64,000 nucleotides of DNA from Heptranchias perlo (taxonomy: Eukaryota): assembly GCF_035084215.1 (NCBI RefSeq), contig NC_090326.1:27032001-27096000 (forward strand), given 5' to 3'. How positions within the stretch are numbered: position 1 is the stretch's first letter; every line of letters begins with the position of its first letter. Under the pieces are notes generated by a model. That model saw nothing but the letters and a program-made list of their open reading frames with translations, had not been told where the DNA came from and did no database searches. Of this stretch, positions 63,680-64,000 are shown piece by piece. The translations under genes and the position numbers were made by a program.

Positions 63680-64000
63680 TAGAAATTCATGGACATCATG
63701 CCCGTTTTACAAGCACATTCCGGGCCAGATGTGCACCACCTGCCATATTGGTAAAGGCTCCAGTATAAGGCCCACGTCTGAAACTGGTGATAAGCCCTTT
63801 CCATATGCAAATGGGGGCCTAACGCCTTCCAGAAATTGGGCTGCCCTGAATGCAGCCAGTGTCAGGCCCACTGTTTTCAGGACAACCAAGTTTACTTGCA
63901 GCCTAACCAATGGTCCCTAAAGGGACCGCTGGAGGCCGCCACTAAAAAGGTACATTTGTTTTTAAATATTTACCTGAATGTGGAGTCGGGATCCGCAGCA

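Overview
This is eukaryotic, repeat-rich vertebrate genomic DNA, most likely from a cartilaginous fish (shark). That is inferred from the repeat complement: vertebrate CR1 LINEs with ATTCTATG/TTCTTATG tails, SacSINE1/AmnSINE1-like DeuSINEs, L2 3' ends, Penelope-like elements, and PIF/Harbinger elements with their MITEs. Almost all entries in the ORF track are transposon fragments or spurious. The main non-repeat signal, which the ORF track does not show as a gene, is a six-exon spliced gene on the minus strand: exons 23054-22935, 12956-12828, 7624-7401, 3678-3614, 3163-3127 and 3046-2993. All introns are GT-AG and all junction phases match. It encodes at least 209 aa with a signal-peptide-like N-terminus, 12 Cys and two N-glycosylation sequons, and I do not recognise the family. 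Other notable items are a Penelope element carrying a minimal hammerhead ribozyme, a three-layer nest in which a Harbinger element has inserted into a hammerhead cleavage triplet inside a DeuSINE, and a near-full-length CR1-group LINE with no ORF1. There is also a solo LTR, a SINE with a twin-priming-like inversion, a 289-bp insert between perfect 35-bp direct repeats, a TAAT-dense enhancer-like block, and several minisatellites. No CRISPR array, rRNA or intact tRNA gene was seen. Repeat boundaries without a stated TSD are approximate.
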